A DNA stretch of 64,000 nucleotides from Squalus acanthias (taxonomy: Eukaryota), in assembly GCA_030390025.1 (NCBI GenBank), contig CM059431.1, forward strand, positions 132,310,001 through 132,374,000. Direction: 5' to 3'. The notes under the pieces are model-generated. The model saw nothing but the letters and a program-made list of their open reading frames with translations, was not told where the DNA came from and did no database searches. Position numbers and translations under genes: made by a program. Shown in pieces: positions 13,321 through 27,950 of the stretch; within the stretch, counting starts at the first letter, position 1; the number at the start of each line of letters is the position of its first letter.

Positions 13321-16039
13321 TTTTTTTTTACAAGTTTTTTTTTACTGGCTGTAGGGCTAATAGATTTAATCTCTGGGCTGCAAATACTACTTTTGTTCAA
13401 CAAGTATTAAATGATCCTATTAGCTAAAATCCACAGATACTGTAAATCACAATTGCAGTCTGAATATGACTAACATAACAGTTGGAAACGGTTCAACCAA
13501 AGGTGGATAAGGCCAAGAACATGACTGGTGCAATAATCAATTACAAGTCATTTTACTTTAAGTTACCAAATTGTATCATTATAATACAGCTGTGAAAATG
13601 GAACAGATAAGAGTGGTAATTTGTCTTAGAAAATATTTATCTAATCCAGTAAAACAAATATTTTGGGGCTCAGATTTTCTCTTGTGCATTGGATTCAGGG
13701 GTATAACAGAATTTACTGAAGGAAATTGCACTCCACTATTGACAGCTATTTGGCCAATAGATGGGTTTGGAACAGCCTATATGCATTTGGAACCTGCATT
13801 ATTATTTTTTTCCCAAACGGTGGGTGAAAACTGGAATTCTAATTGGCATTCTGTAAGAAGATTGACAAGCTTCAACCACAACTGGAGTTTAGAAAGATTA
13901 TTTCCCACTCATAGAGCTATTGATATATAGAGTAGACTTTTGGATAAAGAGTTAATGCTCTGTTAATTAACACCTGTGATAAGGTGGATGAATACAAAAT
14001 TAAGAACAAATTAAGAAATAAATATGGACAGAATGTTCGATGAACCATGTTTATTCCTGTGCTGTTGGAACTGTGGAAGTATCATCAGAAAGGCAACGAG
14101 TCTAGGATGTATTATGTGGGCTGTAAGGTTAGACAAATTCCTGGAGTTTTGAAAGTGGGAGATACTTTGCAAAACCTTTCCTAGAGAGATTGAATAAGTT
14201 GGATAGAATCACTGAGGGAGTGGATTGTACTTTTTCTGTGGAAGAAATGGAATTAATGAGACACTGACCTTTCATTTCATGTTTTCTTGCATTCTGAGAC
14301 CCACGGGAACATCTATCTACAGTGGGTCTTGTTAAAAAATATTACTTTTTCATTTCCATTAGCACAAAATATGCAAAAACATTTTTAAAATACATACTAA
14401 ATGGGTCAAGTGGTCACTTGCATGCAAGAAAAGTCTGATGCCCCCACTGCTCCTGTGACTAAACATGATAACTGCTGAGGCACACCCACATCACTATATC
14501 TTATTTACATATATTTTCCTATTTATTTCATGGACAAGGAATTGTGTGTATGCATGTGTGTGTATGAACACAAAAGAGGAAGATTTCCTCTCTTATTTGT
14601 AGCAAAATCAGAAACACAAGTAAAAGGAGCGTGTTTTCGATTTTGCAACAAAAAGCAGTCAGACTAAATCCTTCCCCAAAGTGGCTAATTGTGCCCATTC
14701 AATGCCCACCTTAAAGCTCATTGATAGACTTGCACCCACATAAGGGAAAATTGGGGCTTTTTTAATCAGACATGTGGAATAAGTCCATGTTTAAGGTAAT
14801 CGAAGTAGGTTAAAATGAGACTAAAGTAGCTACTAATAAATTATTCTGCTTTTTTACCTAAATGTTTACAACATTTAAAACCTAATGGGGGAGACAGATG
14901 AAGTAAAGAGTCCTGAAGGGAATAGAGATGAAAGGTGGAACTGTAGCATTATTACTGTACAAGTTATTACTTAGGTAACAGCCGTTTCAAGATTCTAGTA
15001 CCAACACTATACGTTGTTCATCACTTAAGTTCTTCTAAGTATACTAAAACATTATGTTGTGAAGAATATGGTGCAATGCTTCAAATCAAGACAGCAATGG
15101 CAAATGTTTGATTTTCTTCACCCTGCAACAAAATAATGGGGTATGATTGTTCCAACAGTGACACAGGTTGATTGAACTCATGAAGGCTGTACTATTCTGC
15201 TGAATTTGTAAAGCTTTCTGCAAGAACAAAAATCAATTTTGAGGCACCAAAGCCTTTGAAGCTTTATGCTACAGTGTGTCAGGCTCTGGATATGGTGTGG
15301 AATGTGTATGTCTTTACACTCTTTGCAGGCAGTGATACAGTTTGAGAAAATAGTGCCATTTTTAATTATTTCACACTATCATTAGGGATGAAATTACTCT
15401 CTTCACTAATTTCATCAAAAAAGTTAACATGAGTAGAAAGCAGTGTTCCCTGCATTACACTCAAGCCAACTTTTTCACTAGTTTTTTTTAACTAATAAAG
15501 TTCTGCCATAATACTAAACACAAATGTTTGACATAAACTTGCTTGTAATCTCCATTTGGTCACGTATTAGCCTTAATTTTCTAAATACTTCCTTGAACAC
15601 TCAGGAAGAATAGTATTTATCAAGATCTGTAATATTTCTTAAATGAAAGTTTAGTATGCATTGTATGTCGTCATCATCAACCAATCATAATGCAGAATCT
15701 AGGTCACGTGATCTAAAGTTATTCTATGGTGATGGTAAGTGAACAGCCTTAGGTTGATGATCTTTTATTCGATTACAGTGCACAAACTGTCATATGACCA
15801 TATAACATTATGTGATATATGTTATTTTCTGGTATCAAATAGTCAAATAAAGCTTCCTATCATTTCAGGTTGAATCATGTGGTAGACTTGCAATTTTGTT
15901 TTACCACTCAATCCAGTTGCATTGTTCATGTTTTTTGTACGTATTATAAAGAATGCAGAATGAGCAACAAGTGCGAGGAGCTCATGGCCTTCTATTTCAT
16001 TACGTTTGAGGCCATCCATTCAGCTGTTACAGCCACATC

Positions 16040-19000
16040 TTTCGCTTCCCTCATCTTTTTCTAGTTTCTCTCCTATCTCTCCTCATGCCCTCTCCAAGCT
16101 CATCTTTTCCTTGAGACCCACCTCATGCTCTCTCGACCCTATTCCCATTAAACCATTGACCACCTAACTACAGATAGAAACATAGAAACTAGGAGCAGGA
16201 GTAGGCCATTCGGCCCCTCGAGCCTGCTCCGCCATTCGATGAGATCATGGCTGATCATCTAAACTCAGTACCCTGTACCTGCCTTCTCCCCATATCCCTT
16301 GATACCTTTAGCTTTAAGCAATATATCTAACTCATCCTTGAATATATTTAATGACTTCGCCTCAACTACCTTCTGTGGTAGAGAATTCCACAGGTTCACC
16401 ACTCTCTGGGTGAAGAAATTCTTCCTCATTTCTGTTCTAAATGGTTTACCCGTTATCCGTAGATTATGACCCCTGGTTCTGGACTCTCCGACCATCGGGA
16501 ACATTCTTCCTGCATCTAGTTTGTCCAGACCTGTCAGAATTTTATATGTTTCGATGAGATCCCCTCTCATTCTTCGATACTCCAGTGAGTATAAGCCCAA
16601 TCGACCCAATCTCTCCTCATATGTCATTCCTGCCATCCCAGGTATCAGCCTTGTGACTCTTCGCTGAACTCCTTCCATGGCAAGAACATCCTTCCTCAGA
16701 TAAGGCGACCAAAACTGCACACAGTACTCAAGGTGTGGTCTCACCAAGGCCCTGTACAACTGCAGCAGGACATCCCTGTTCCTATACTCAAACCCTTTCG
16801 CTATGAAGGCCAACATACCATTTGCCTTCTTCACCGCCTGCTGCACCTGCATGCTTACTTTCAGCGACTGGTGCACAAGGACACACAGGTCTCGTTGCAC
16901 TTCCCCTTCTCCCAATCTATTGCCATTCAGATAATAGTCTGCCTTTCTGTTTTTGACACCAAAGTGGATAACCTCGCACTTATCCACGTTATATTGCATC
17001 TGCCACGCTTCTGCCCACTCACCCAACCTGTCCAGATCATCCTGGAGTTTCTCGCTATCCTCCTCGCTGCACACACTCCCACCCAGCTTTGTGTCATCTG
17101 CAAACTTGGAGATATTACATTTAATTCCCTTATCTAGATCATTAATGTATATTGTGAATAGCTGGGGTCCAAGGACCGATCCCTGCGGTACCCCACTAGT
17201 CACTGCTTGCCACTCGGAAAAAGACCCATTAATTCCTACTCTCTGCTTTCTGTCCGCCAACCAGTTCTCTATCCAAGTCAATACCTTGCCCCCAATCCCA
17301 TGTGCCTTAACTTTACCCGGTAATCTCTTATGCGGGACCTTATCAAAAGCCTTTTGAAAGTCCAAATACACCACATCTACTGGTTCTCCCTTATCTATTT
17401 TCCCAGTTACATCCTCAAAAAATTCCAGTAGATTAGTCAAGCACGATTTACCTTTTGTAAATCCATGTTGACTTTGTCCGATCCTGTCACTGTTTTTCAA
17501 ATGCTCAGCTATTACATCCTTTATAATGGACTCTAGCATTTTCCCCACTACCAATGTCAGGCTTACTGGTCTGTAATTCCCTGCTTTCTCTCTACCACCC
17601 TTTTTGAATAGTGGTGTAACATTAGCTACCCTCCAATCCATGGGTACAGTTCCAGATTCCATCGAATGTTGGAAGATGATCAGCAATGCATCTACTATTT
17701 CTAGGGCCACTTCCTTAAGTACCCTAGGATGTAGATTATCAGGCCCTGGGGATTTATCGGCCTTCAATACCGTCAATTTCCCTAACACCATTTCCCTGCA
17801 AATACTGATTTCTTTCAGTTCCTCCCTTTCATCAGACCGTATGTTCTCCAACCATGATCTCGTCAGAGCAGCCAAGATCTCATTGAATGGTGGAACAGGC
17901 TCGAGGGGCTGAATGGCCTACTGCTGTTGCTATGTTCCCTTTCTGCCCTACCTGCTAGCTAATATTGTAAATGCTGCCCGCTGCTCAGATACTGTCCCCT
18001 TGCCTTTCAAAGTTACTGTCATAACCCCCATCTCATAAAACTCACCCTCAACTACTCTAACCTTACAAACTACTGCCCCATCCCCAACCGTCCTTGAATG
18101 TGCTGTCGCTTCGCAAATCCGTGCTCATCTTTCCTGAAACCCCATGTTTGAATCTCTCCAATCAGGTTTCTACCCCTGTCACAGCACTGAAAAGTCACAA
18201 ATGACATCCTCTGTGACTGTTGCCATGGTGTACTAACCCTCCTCATCACTATCCATCCTCAACTGACTCAACCCCTCTGGAGCCTTTGACACAGTTGACC
18301 ACACCATCCTCATCTAATGCCTCTCCTCTGTTGTCCAGCTTAGTGGGACTGCCCTCGCCTGATTCCACTCTTACCTATCCAGTCTTAACCAGAGAATCTC
18401 CTGTAATGGCTTCTCTTCCTGCCCCTCACCATTACCTCTGGAGTCCCTCAAGGACCTATCTTTGGCCCCCTGTTTCTCATTTACATGCGGCCTCTCGCCG
18501 ACATCATCCGAAGAAATGACATGAGGTTCCACATGTACGCTGAGGACACTCAGCTCTACCTCACCACCACCTCTCTCAACCCCTCCATTACCTCTATGTG
18601 GTCAAATTGCTTGTCTGACATTTAGTCATAGCTAAGCCGCAATTTCTTCCAATTAAACATTGGGAAGACCGAAGCCATTGTCTTCTGCCCCTGCCATGAA
18701 CTCCGTTCCCTCGCCACCAATTCCATCCCCCTTCCTGGCCACTGTCTCAGGCAGAACCAGACTTTTTGCAACCTCAGCGTCCTATTTGACCCTGAGCTGA
18801 GCTCATATCATCTGTATCATCGTCTGTCTACGCCCTTGCCTCAGCTAATCTGCAACTGAAACCCTTATTCATGCTTTAACTCCAGACTCAACTATTCCTA
18901 TACTCTCCTGGACAGCCTCCCATCCTCTATAAATGTGAACTCATCCAAAACTCTGCTACCCGTATGCTAACTCGCACCAAGTACCGCTCACCTATCACCC

Positions 19001-19435
19001 CGATGCTCACTGACCGACATTGGCTCCCAGTCCACCAACGCCTTGAATTTAAAGTTCTCATTCTCATGTTCAAATCCCTCCATTGCCTCGCCCCTCTCTA
19101 TCTATGTAACCTCCTTCAGCCCTACAAACCTCCTAGAATACTGTGTTCCTCCAATTCTGGCCACTTGAGCATCCCCCACTTCCTTCCCCCCACCATTGGC
19201 AGCCATGCCTCCAACCGTTTATGCCCTAAACTATGGAATTCCCTCCCTAAACCCCTCCAACTCTCTCTCCTTTAAGACCCTCCCTAAAACCTACCTCTTT
19301 GACCAAGCTTTTAGTCACCCATCCTAATATCTCCTTCCTTTGCTCTGTGCCAATTTTTGTCTGTTTACACTCCTGTGAAGTGCCTTGGGATGTTTTCCTA
19401 TGTTAAAGGCACTACATAAATGCATTTTGTTGTTG
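16040..19435 (+). mobile_element. L2 LINE (degenerate), split by the CR1 insertion at about 16175-17937
   Basis: Colinear with the L2 at 60370-63085 (ctcgaccctattcc... to HWLPV..RLEFK, LWNSLP and the gttgttg tail). Confidence 0.85.
16175..17858 (-). mobile_element. Young 5'-truncated CR1 LINE with an open 536-aa RT ORF (16265-17875)
   Basis: KSPGPD, NYRPVSLT, QHGF, YLDFQKAFDKV, SGVPQGSVLGP and KFADDTK motifs. (ttctatg)n-type tail at the left end. Confidence 0.96.
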
Positions 19436-19559
19436 AGTAACATGTCTATTACAAGGCAGTGATACATCCAAGTGTTCAAGTTACATTGATAAAGGGATCA
19501 CTCGTCACTCTTACTTCATTCGGATTATATCCTTTAAAGGCCTTGATGTAAGCTGCCTT

Positions 19560-19800
19560 GTAAAAGAAACAACGACCGAACGTCTCAAAGTGCATTACAG
19601 CCAATGAAGAACTTTTTGAAGTTTAGTCACTGCTGTAATGTAGGAAACGCGGCAACCAATCTGCTCACAGCAAGCTCCCACAAACAGCAATGTGATAATG
19701 ACCAGATAATCTGTTTTAGTGATGTTGATTGAGGGATAAATATTGGCCAGGGCATCGGGGATAACTCCCCTGCTCTTTTTCGAAATAGTGCCATGGGATT
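19560..19800 (-). mobile_element. SacSINE1-like DeuSINE fragment
   Basis: Aligns to the fuller copy at 31620-32080. Truncated by a LINE insertion at 19801. Confidence 0.8.
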
Positions 19801-21722
19801 TTTTATTTTTATTATTCGTTTATGGGATGTGGGCGTCGCTGGCAAGGCCAGCATTTATTGCCCATCCCTAATTGCCCTTGAGAAGGTGGTGGTGAGCCGC
19901 CTTCTTGAACCGCTGCAGTCCATGCGGTGAAGGTACTCCCACACTGCTGTTAGGTAGGAAGTTCCAGGATTTTGACCCAGCGACAATGAAGGATCGGCGA
20001 TATACTTCTAAGTCAGGTTGGTGTGTGACTTGGAGGGGAACTTGGAGGTGGTGGCGTTCCCATGCGCCTGCTGCCCTTGTCCTTCTAGGTGGAAGAGGTC
20101 GCGGGCTTGGGAGGTGCTGCCGAAAAAGCCTTGGTGAGTTGCTGCAGTGCATCTTGTAGATGGTACACACTGCAGCCATGGTACGCCGGTGGTGGAGGGA
20201 GTGAATGTTTAAGGTGGTGGATGGGGTGCCAATCAAGCAGGCTTCTTTGTCCTGGATGGTGTCGAGCTTCTTGAGAGTTGTTGGAGCTGCACTCATCCAG
20301 GCAAGTGGAGAGTATTCCATCACACTCCTTACTTGTGCCTTGTAGATGGTGGAAAGGCTTTGGGGAGTCAGGAGGTGAGACACTCGCCACAGAATACCTA
20401 GCCTCTGACCTGCTCTTGTTGCCACAGTATTTATGTGGCTGGTCCAGTTAAGTTTCTGGTCAATGGTGACCCCCAGGATGTTGATGGTGGGGGATTCAGT
20501 GATGGTAATGCTGTTGAATGTCAAGGGGCGGTGGTTAGACTCTCGCTTGTTGGAGATAGTCATTGCCTGGCATTTGTGTGGCGCGAATGTTACCTGCCAC
20601 TTATCAGCCCAAGCCTGAACGTCATCCAGGTCTTATTGCATGTGGGCATGGACTGCTTCATTATCTGAGGAGTTGTGAATGGCACTGAACACTGTGCAGT
20701 CATCAGCGAACATCCCCATTCCTGACCTTATGTTGGAGGGAAAGTCATTGATGAAGCAGCTGAAGATGGTTGGGCCTAGGGCACTGCCCTGAGGAACTCC
20801 TGCAGCGATGTCCTGGGGCTGTGATGATTGACCTTCAACCACCACAACCATCTTCCTTTATGCAAGGTATGACTCCAGCCAGTGGAGAGTTTCCCCCCCC
20901 CGATTCCCATTGACATCAGTTTTACTAGGGCTCCTTGATGCTACACTCGGTCAAATGCTGCCTTGATGTCAAGGGCAGTCACTCTCATCTCACCTCTGGA
21001 ATTCAGCTCCTTTGTCCATGTTTGGACCAAGGCTGTAATGAGGGCGGGAGCCGAGTGGTCTTGGCAGAAGCCAAACTGGGCATCAGTGCGCAGGTTATTG
21101 GTGAGTAAGTGCCGCTTGATAGCACTGTCGATGACACCATCCATCACTTTGCTGATGATTGAGAGTAGACTGATGGGGCAGTAATTGGCCGGGTTGGATT
21201 TGTCCTACTTTTTGTGGACAGGACATACCTGGGCAGTTTTCCACATTGTCAGATAGATGCCAGAGTTGTAGCTGTACTGGAACAGCTTGGCTAGAGGCGC
21301 GGCTAGTTCTGGAGCACAAGTCTTCAGCACAACAGCCGGGATGTTGTCGGGGCCCATAGCCTTTGCTGTATCCAGTGCGCTCAGCCATTTCTTGATTTCA
21401 CGTGGAGTAAATCGAATTGGCTGAAGACTGGTTTCTGTGATGGTGGGGACCTCAGGAGTAGGCCGATATGGATCATCCACTCAGCACTTCTGGTTGTAGA
21501 TGTTTGCAAACACTTCAATCTTATCCTTTGCACTCACATGCTGGGCTCCACCATCATTGAGGATGGGGATATTCATGGAGCCTCCTCCTCCCATTAGTTG
21601 TTTAATGGTCCACCACCATTCACGACTGGATGTGGCAGGACTGCAGAGCTTTGATCTGATCCATTGATTGTGGGATTGATTAGCCCTGTCTATAGCATGC
21701 TGCTTCCGCTTTTTAGCATGCA
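19801..21722 (-). mobile_element. Non-LTR retrotransposon (CR1/Jockey-group RT, distinct family), decayed
   Basis: KAMGPDNIP, QFGF, ALDIKAAFDRV, GVPQGSALGP, MFADD. 3' tail gggcaattagggatgggcaataaatgctgg plus A-rich end. Exact clade not determined. Confidence 0.88.
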
Positions 21723-22322
21723 GCATAAAGTAACAGTTAAAGTCTACTTTTTAACCAGGAGGACCTCTAGTAATAAAGGGTTCTTGTACTTTCATTAAAT
21801 GCTTCAGGATTTAATCAGTATGGAACTCTTTTATTGCTTCATGTACTCCTGATAAACAGGAGTTATTCCTGGGATGATAGGGATTGAGTGGAATGGTCCT
21901 ATATTTTCTGGAGTTTAGAAGAATGAGAGGTGATCTCATTGAAACATATAAAATTCTTAGAGGGCTTGACAGGGTAGGTGCTGAGAGACTGTCTCCCCTG
22001 GCTGGAGAGTCTAGAACTAGGAGTCATAGGCTGTCACTTTTATCTTTGCGTCGGGTTGGGTGCATGCAAGCCGCATAGCGGGTCAGGGACACGATGTTCT
22101 CAGCAGCTCGCTGCTCATTGCGACTTTTATTTAATGGCCCCAATTGAAAGAGTCATGCGCGTTTCCCAGCCCTATTAAATGGTGCGGGTCTGGTGATGTC
22201 ATCGATGACTCCTTTCTAGCGCCGATATTTATAACAGCCTTGCATTGAACTCACTTGAAGGTTGCTGAAGGAGGGTGAAACCTGACAAAGAAAGGCCACA
22301 GTACTGTTATAAATTTGGAAGG

Positions 22323-25300
22323 ATGGATAGCCAAAGGCAGAGGGCTGCACCACGGTTCTCTGATTCATCGCTGCATGCTCTGGTGGAGGCTGCCAGAGCA
22401 CGCAGAGAGGTCCTCTTCCTTGCTGACCTCCACAAGAAACAAAAAGAGCCCGGCTGGATATAGCTGAGGAGGTCAGCAGCAGGGATGTGGTCAGGAGGAC
22501 CTGGATACAGCGCAGGAAATGCTTCAATGATCCCATGTAGGGGGTGGTGGTTTGTGTCAGCTTTGCCTCTGACTTCTGAGCGGTTCGAATCGCTCCCACT
22601 CCCTTGGTTCTAGATCTTGGACTTATTTGGGGGTTGTGACAAAAGGTGCAGCAGACAACTGAGTTTGATGAAAAGAACTTCAATCTTTATTCAAAAGGTA
22701 AAACACAAATGACAACACTCTTAACACTCTAAAGGTGGGAGACATTTCGGTGCAAGCGAGGGAAATGACAGTAGAACAATACTTCACCCCTCCCAACCCC
22801 ACTTTACTAGCTAAGTTAGGTTTTGAAGGACCAGGGATAATGCTCACCAATCCTTTGACAGTTGGGCTAAATTGCGGTTTTGGGGTTCGCTGTTTATGGC
22901 GGTTAGTGTCTGCCGTACCCCGTACGCGGTAGAGGACTTCACCTGCGTCTCTGGTCAGTCTTCGCAAGTCCGCTGATGCAGTAGGGTGCGTTTTGGATCT
23001 ATCAGGTGAGTACCCAATTTCCTTTGGTTTGGAGTAGGGTTTAGAGTCTTTTGGTAGAAATCTTACCCAGGGGTAAGTCAGGAGTAGTTTGTAGTGTGGA
23101 AACTTTGCGGTTCTTCGGGTTTTCTTTCCTTGAGTTGGTCTTTGTTGGTCGCGGTGGCCTGCTATTACCCGGTCAGTTGGGGGTAATGTGTGGTTGTTGG
23201 TTTCGTGAGGCCTTTGGTTTCCGCGATGGCTTTAGGCCTTGCCTAGTGTGTCGGTCGACCTTGTGGAGCCGTCGATGTCTTCTTGGCTTGTTGCTCCGGG
23301 TGATTGTGTTGGGACCGTTGTTGGAGGTCCGTCGAGGTGGTATCTTCAAGGGCTGGACTCAGGTGTGTCTGAGTATGTGAGCGATGCCGACTCACTTCCA
23401 GCTCGGTTTTTCTTCTGGTTTCTTCTTCTGATGACCACTGGTTGCGACTGACGACCTTGAACTGCTTAACGGGCCTTCAATTATACTAAATTGAAGTGTC
23501 CTTATCTACCCGCCAAATCTACTCAGTTCATTGTCTGGTTTTTGGCAGGCTCGTAAATCGGTAACGACATACTAGCGCGTTAACTGGTTTTTTAACAGGC
23601 CTTCAATCTCACCCATTGAACATGGCCTTATCTACCCGCCAAATCTACTCAGTTCATTGTCTGATTTTTGGTGGGCCTGTAACAGTAACTGCTCTGTAAG
23701 TGTCAAATGGGTTTTGGGATGGTTTGCATCCTGTCGATCTCCTTGGCTGATCACTGGTGATTGGTTTCGTGTTTTGGGTTTCTAGGCTGGACTCGGTCTT
23801 TTCTATAGAATGGTCCTGAGTGATTTGTATTATGCATGTTTTCTGATGGGCCCTGTAATCGGTTTTGATGGGGCCTGTTGTTTTGGGTGGGACTGTCTTC
23901 TCCCAGGGTCTATTGTTCAAATGTTAATGTCTGCTGGGCTTGAGCAGGGTCATCCCGGTTCCCCAGACAGTGCAATTAACTGCAATAGCCAAACTGCTTT
24001 TACAGAGGTAGAACCCAACTCCTTGTCCCTTTACAGGCCCAGACATGTTTTTAAAATGCCAAAACTTGGGTTTTGGTCTTAAATTCCTTAGGTTAGGCCC
24101 AAATGCATTTTTATCACTCTGAGGTAGTTCCAAAGTCCTTTTTCCTTAGGTTTTGGGGATCTGTAAATTTTGGAAAGGAAAGGTGAGTGCAATGCCACAC
24201 TCACCTTCATCCTAAAGTGCCTGTCAACACATCCCCATCACTCTGCCTTCCCAAGCCTACTCCTGCACATCATTCCTCACACCAACATACCTTCCAGGTC
24301 CACCCATCCCTCTCTATGTACATACTCACATCACCCTCTGACTAATGACCCCTCACACTCACCCTCATCCTAATGCAATCATAACAAGTAACACCACAGA
24401 AGGAGGCCATTTGGCATTGCCACCCCACTCCCTCATAGTCACCCTCTACAGATGTAACCCATCCATTCCTTACACTCATTCCATCACTCTCACTAAAACT
24501 TCTCTTCTTTCCCTCCTTGCAGGAAAAAAGAGCCCAAAACAACAGAGAGAGGGAGAGAGCCCTCCAGTCTTCGCACACCTAACAGCAGTAGAGGAGGGGG
24601 CTCTAGAGATCTCAGGAGCTCGAGAGATGCTGGCGGTGGGAGACAGAGAGAGGTGGACATCCCAGCAACCTGGTGACAGAATCACATCTCATAAAGCCAC
24701 ATGGCATACAACAGTCACTCATATGGGGACTGATGTCAGCAGCCGGTGAAATGTCATCATGTGCATAATGGTAACATTACCCATTCTTATTATAACACTT
24801 CTAATTCATCTCTTTACTCTCCCACAGGTCCATCAACTACCCCCTCCCCCACTGTCCAGCCAGAGGAGGAAGATGACTCCTCAGAGGAACATCCAGCCTC
24901 TGAGGTGCAGCGTCAGCAGACCCAAGCACAGCCAGCACCAGCACAGATACACACACCTCGATGGGTCCTTTGCGCCATAGATTCGAGTTGTCACCTGGTG
25001 TCTTACAATTCACAAGCGAGCAACAGCAGGTGGTGTTGACAGGGACAGCAGTGGAGACTCCTCGCCGGAGGGTGCAGGACGCTCCAAGCTCTGCTGAGCT
25101 GCATACTGACGCTGAGCCTCGGGGCCATCGAGAATCAGGGTGATCTTGGAGGGGCAGCAACAATTGCATGAGGCTCTGGCACCTTTTGCAGCCTCGATGT
25201 CTGGATGTTCAGATAATGGAGGAGTCCATCTCCAACATGAGCACCATCATGTCGCAGGCGATGGCGACGATGTGCTCTTCCATGGAAAGGCTGGCCATTT

Positions 25301-25787
25301 GCATGGAGCAGCAAATGCGCCACTCACGTGAGCACATGCTAGCTGTGGACAACAGATGGCAGGCGCTCATAGACCTCCTCTCAAGGAGGGATGTAAACAT
25401 AGACTTGGGCCTTCATCACTTCACTGCTGTGCAGCAAGGTGCTCGCCAGCTCCTTCCAAGCAGGGAAGTGCGGGTGGCCCATGAGAAGGATGATGGTGAG
25501 AGGGGACATGGAAGTGGAGGCTCTTCTCAAAGTGCTCACACTTCTCCCCCATTGCCTCCCCCTCCACATGCTTCCTCGGATTACAATGGCCGAGTCTGCC
25601 CCTGCACAGTCGCAGGAGGAACAGACTTTGGCGGGTCCACCACAGGCTCCAAAACCCAGAGGACGTCTTCCAAAAGTGTCTTGACGAGTCGCAGCAGGAA
25701 AGTGACCAGCCTGCAACTACCTCTGCTGAAGCCACAGAGGTTGCATCTCGTAGAAGCACGCTGAAGAGAAAGATGACGCACAAGTAG
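22323..25787 (+). pseudogene. Harbinger Myb/SANT gene, disrupted; exon 1 (22323 to about 24182) interrupted by an LTR-like insert; exon 2 24523-24672; exon 3 24828-25787
   Basis: MDSQRQRAAPRFSDSSLHALVEAAR...RTWIQRRKCFND with splice sites conserved relative to the sister copies. Carries frameshifts. Confidence 0.82.
22536..24173 (-). mobile_element. Solo-LTR-like insertion (about 1.6 kb)
   Basis: Interrupts Myb exon 1. Begins tgtaggggg and ends tgtaaattttgga, resembling the 46360-47753 element. Minus-strand AATAAA near 22686. Internal direct repeat at about 23502 and 23628. Right terminus damaged. Confidence 0.6.
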
Positions 25788-25947
25788 ATGCACAAGTGTA
25801 TGCACATGGGTGTATCAAAAAATGTTAGTATTAAGTTTCAGTTATTTTGATGACACACATAAATGTTTTTCTTTGCACCACTTTCGGGTCATTTCCATTT
25901 TTGCCTCAAACCTTGGAAGTGGCTTTTTGTGTGAATGGTGAGACAAT

Positions 25948-26655
25948 GGACCATATTTTCCGATCGGAGGCTTCCCACGTGCGGAAGCCTCCGATCTGGA
26001 AAAAATCTACACACTTACCTAGGGCTCCCGAGGTGTGTATAGTTCCGATGCTGGGCCTCTCCGACTCCAAGTGCGCAGGGCCCACGTATCCCAGTGGTGC
26101 ATGCGGTTCGCAAGCGTCCCTGGGATCCCGTGGGCCATGGGGAGCCAATCAAAGAAGGGAATCTCCCTTCATACACTTGACAGATAGACCTGTCAAATAT
26201 ATGAATGGAGATCAACCCAAAAACACTTTAAAACATTAAATAAATTTGAAAAAAACATCACATTTTTAAAATTAGTTGAAATTACAATAAATTAAATATT
26301 TTAAACAAAAATTAAATTTTTTGAAAAAAATAAAGTTTTTTACGGGGCTAAAAATAAACTTACCTTTTTTAAAGTATTTTTAAATGATAAATGACTGAAA
26401 TTTTTTTTTAAAACTTTATTCAACTCTTATCCTGGTAAAAGCAAGCCTTATGCCTGCTTTTACCAGGCGTAAGAATTCTAAGGGTTTCCTGCGGGCAGAG
26501 AGTCTCCAGAAAGCGGAACTATCCGCCCGCAGAGGCCCTTCTCTAGAGCATTCTTGACAGATCGGAAATGCCGGTTTTCAGCGCATGCGCTGTACATGCC
26601 TGAAACCAGCATTTCTGATGTCCCTACAGGTGGGTACACGCTGTATACCTGGGCC
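25948..26655. mobile_element. Harbinger-type MITE (inverted relative of 3900-4607) nested between the Myb and transposase genes
   Basis: Shared blocks such as ggaagcctccga, ctggtaaaagca and cttgacagatc. Flanked by aat/att. Confidence 0.7.
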
Positions 26656-26783
26656 ATTATTTAACCTGGAGCATTGGGGCTTTGGGTGAGAGGAATGGAT
26701 TGGTCATTATCAGGATGCTTTATGGTGTTGTGGGAGGGGGTAATTTACTGCATGTGGCAGGCATGTGGCTGCAGTGGAGCCAA

Positions 26784-27950
26784 TTAAGTAAATCTGGCCA
26801 GGATGAGACCATCCCAGGCCTCCCAGACAGCAATGTGCGCCACTGCTGGTGCCATCTTCACCTCAGGTTCCTCCTCCTCCTCCTCGTGTTCCACCTGCTC
26901 CTCCTCCTCCTCCTCTGAAGAGGCTGTGCGCTCTGCGCCTTGCTCCTCCTGCAGCTCCAATCCTTGCTGCTACGCTTTGTTGTGCAGTGCGCCGCCGCCG
27001 CCAATGATTCTGGAGACTCTGGCTGGTGCATACTGTAGGGCTTCTCCAGATCTGTCAAGGCATTTGAAGCGCATATTCAGTATGCCTATTGCTTGCTTTA
27101 TGACACATCTGGTGGAGATCTGGCTCTCATTATAACGCTCCTCAGCCTCAGTACTCGGCCTCCTCAGGGGTGTCATGAGCCACGTCTTCGGTGGATAGCC
27201 CTTGTCTCCAAGCAGCCAGCCGGTAAGTCTGTTTGGAGGTGTGAAGAGCTGAGGGAGGGTGGACTGGCGCAGCACAGAAGAGTCATGACAGCTGCCAGGG
27301 GATCTGGTGCACACGTGCATGATGATCTTTTTATGGTTGCAGACGAGCTGCACATTGAGGGAGTGGAAGCCCTTGCGGTTCACAAACACTCCTGGGCGAT
27401 GTGGGGGAAGCCAGCCAGAGCGGCAAAGCCGAGCGCCTGCTCAGTAACACTGGTTTCATCAGTGGCAAAGTTGATACAATTGGCTGACTTGTGAAACATG
27501 GCATCTATGTGCGACCGACTGCGATATCCCACAAATGTCTGCTGCAGATCCCTGGAAGGAGCCTGATGCAAAGAAGTTGAGGGCGGTGGTGACTTTGACA
27601 GCCACTGGTAAGGCGTGTCCACCAGGTCCTCTGGGCAACAGGTCTTGTTCCAGCAAGCTACAAATGTCTGCGACGACCTGGCGTGATAGCCTGAGCCTCC
27701 TTTGGCCCTGCTGCTCCGTCATGTTGAGGAAGCTCATCCTCTGCCTGTATACCCTGTGTTGGGGGTATCGCCCTTGGCGCGGTGCAGCCCTTTGCTGACC
27801 CCTTCTCTCCAGTGGAGCATCAGGTCGGTGAGGAGAAGACTGCTGTTGTGATTGCTCCTGCTGCTGCTGCTGTGGCTGGTGTTGTTGGTGGTGGGGCTCA
27901 TCTTGGTCTGATTCTGAGGACGAAGGTGAAACAGTATGAGCGGCACCCAT
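26784..27950 (-). pseudogene. Harbinger (HARBI1-like) DDE transposase, decayed
   Basis: [68 protein letters not shown]. Frameshifts, a premature stop, and the GAIDxTH (first Asp) segment is deleted. Confidence 0.93.

Noticed and set aside
11500..16000. Additional host exons in the AT-rich region after GPC6
   Set aside because: Only short ORFs with no recognisable homology. Likely 3' UTR or intergenic; conservation cannot be judged without alignments.
26784..27950. Host HARBI1 gene
   Set aside because: It is frameshifted, lacks catalytic residues and lies inside TIR/TSD boundaries, so it is a transposon copy.
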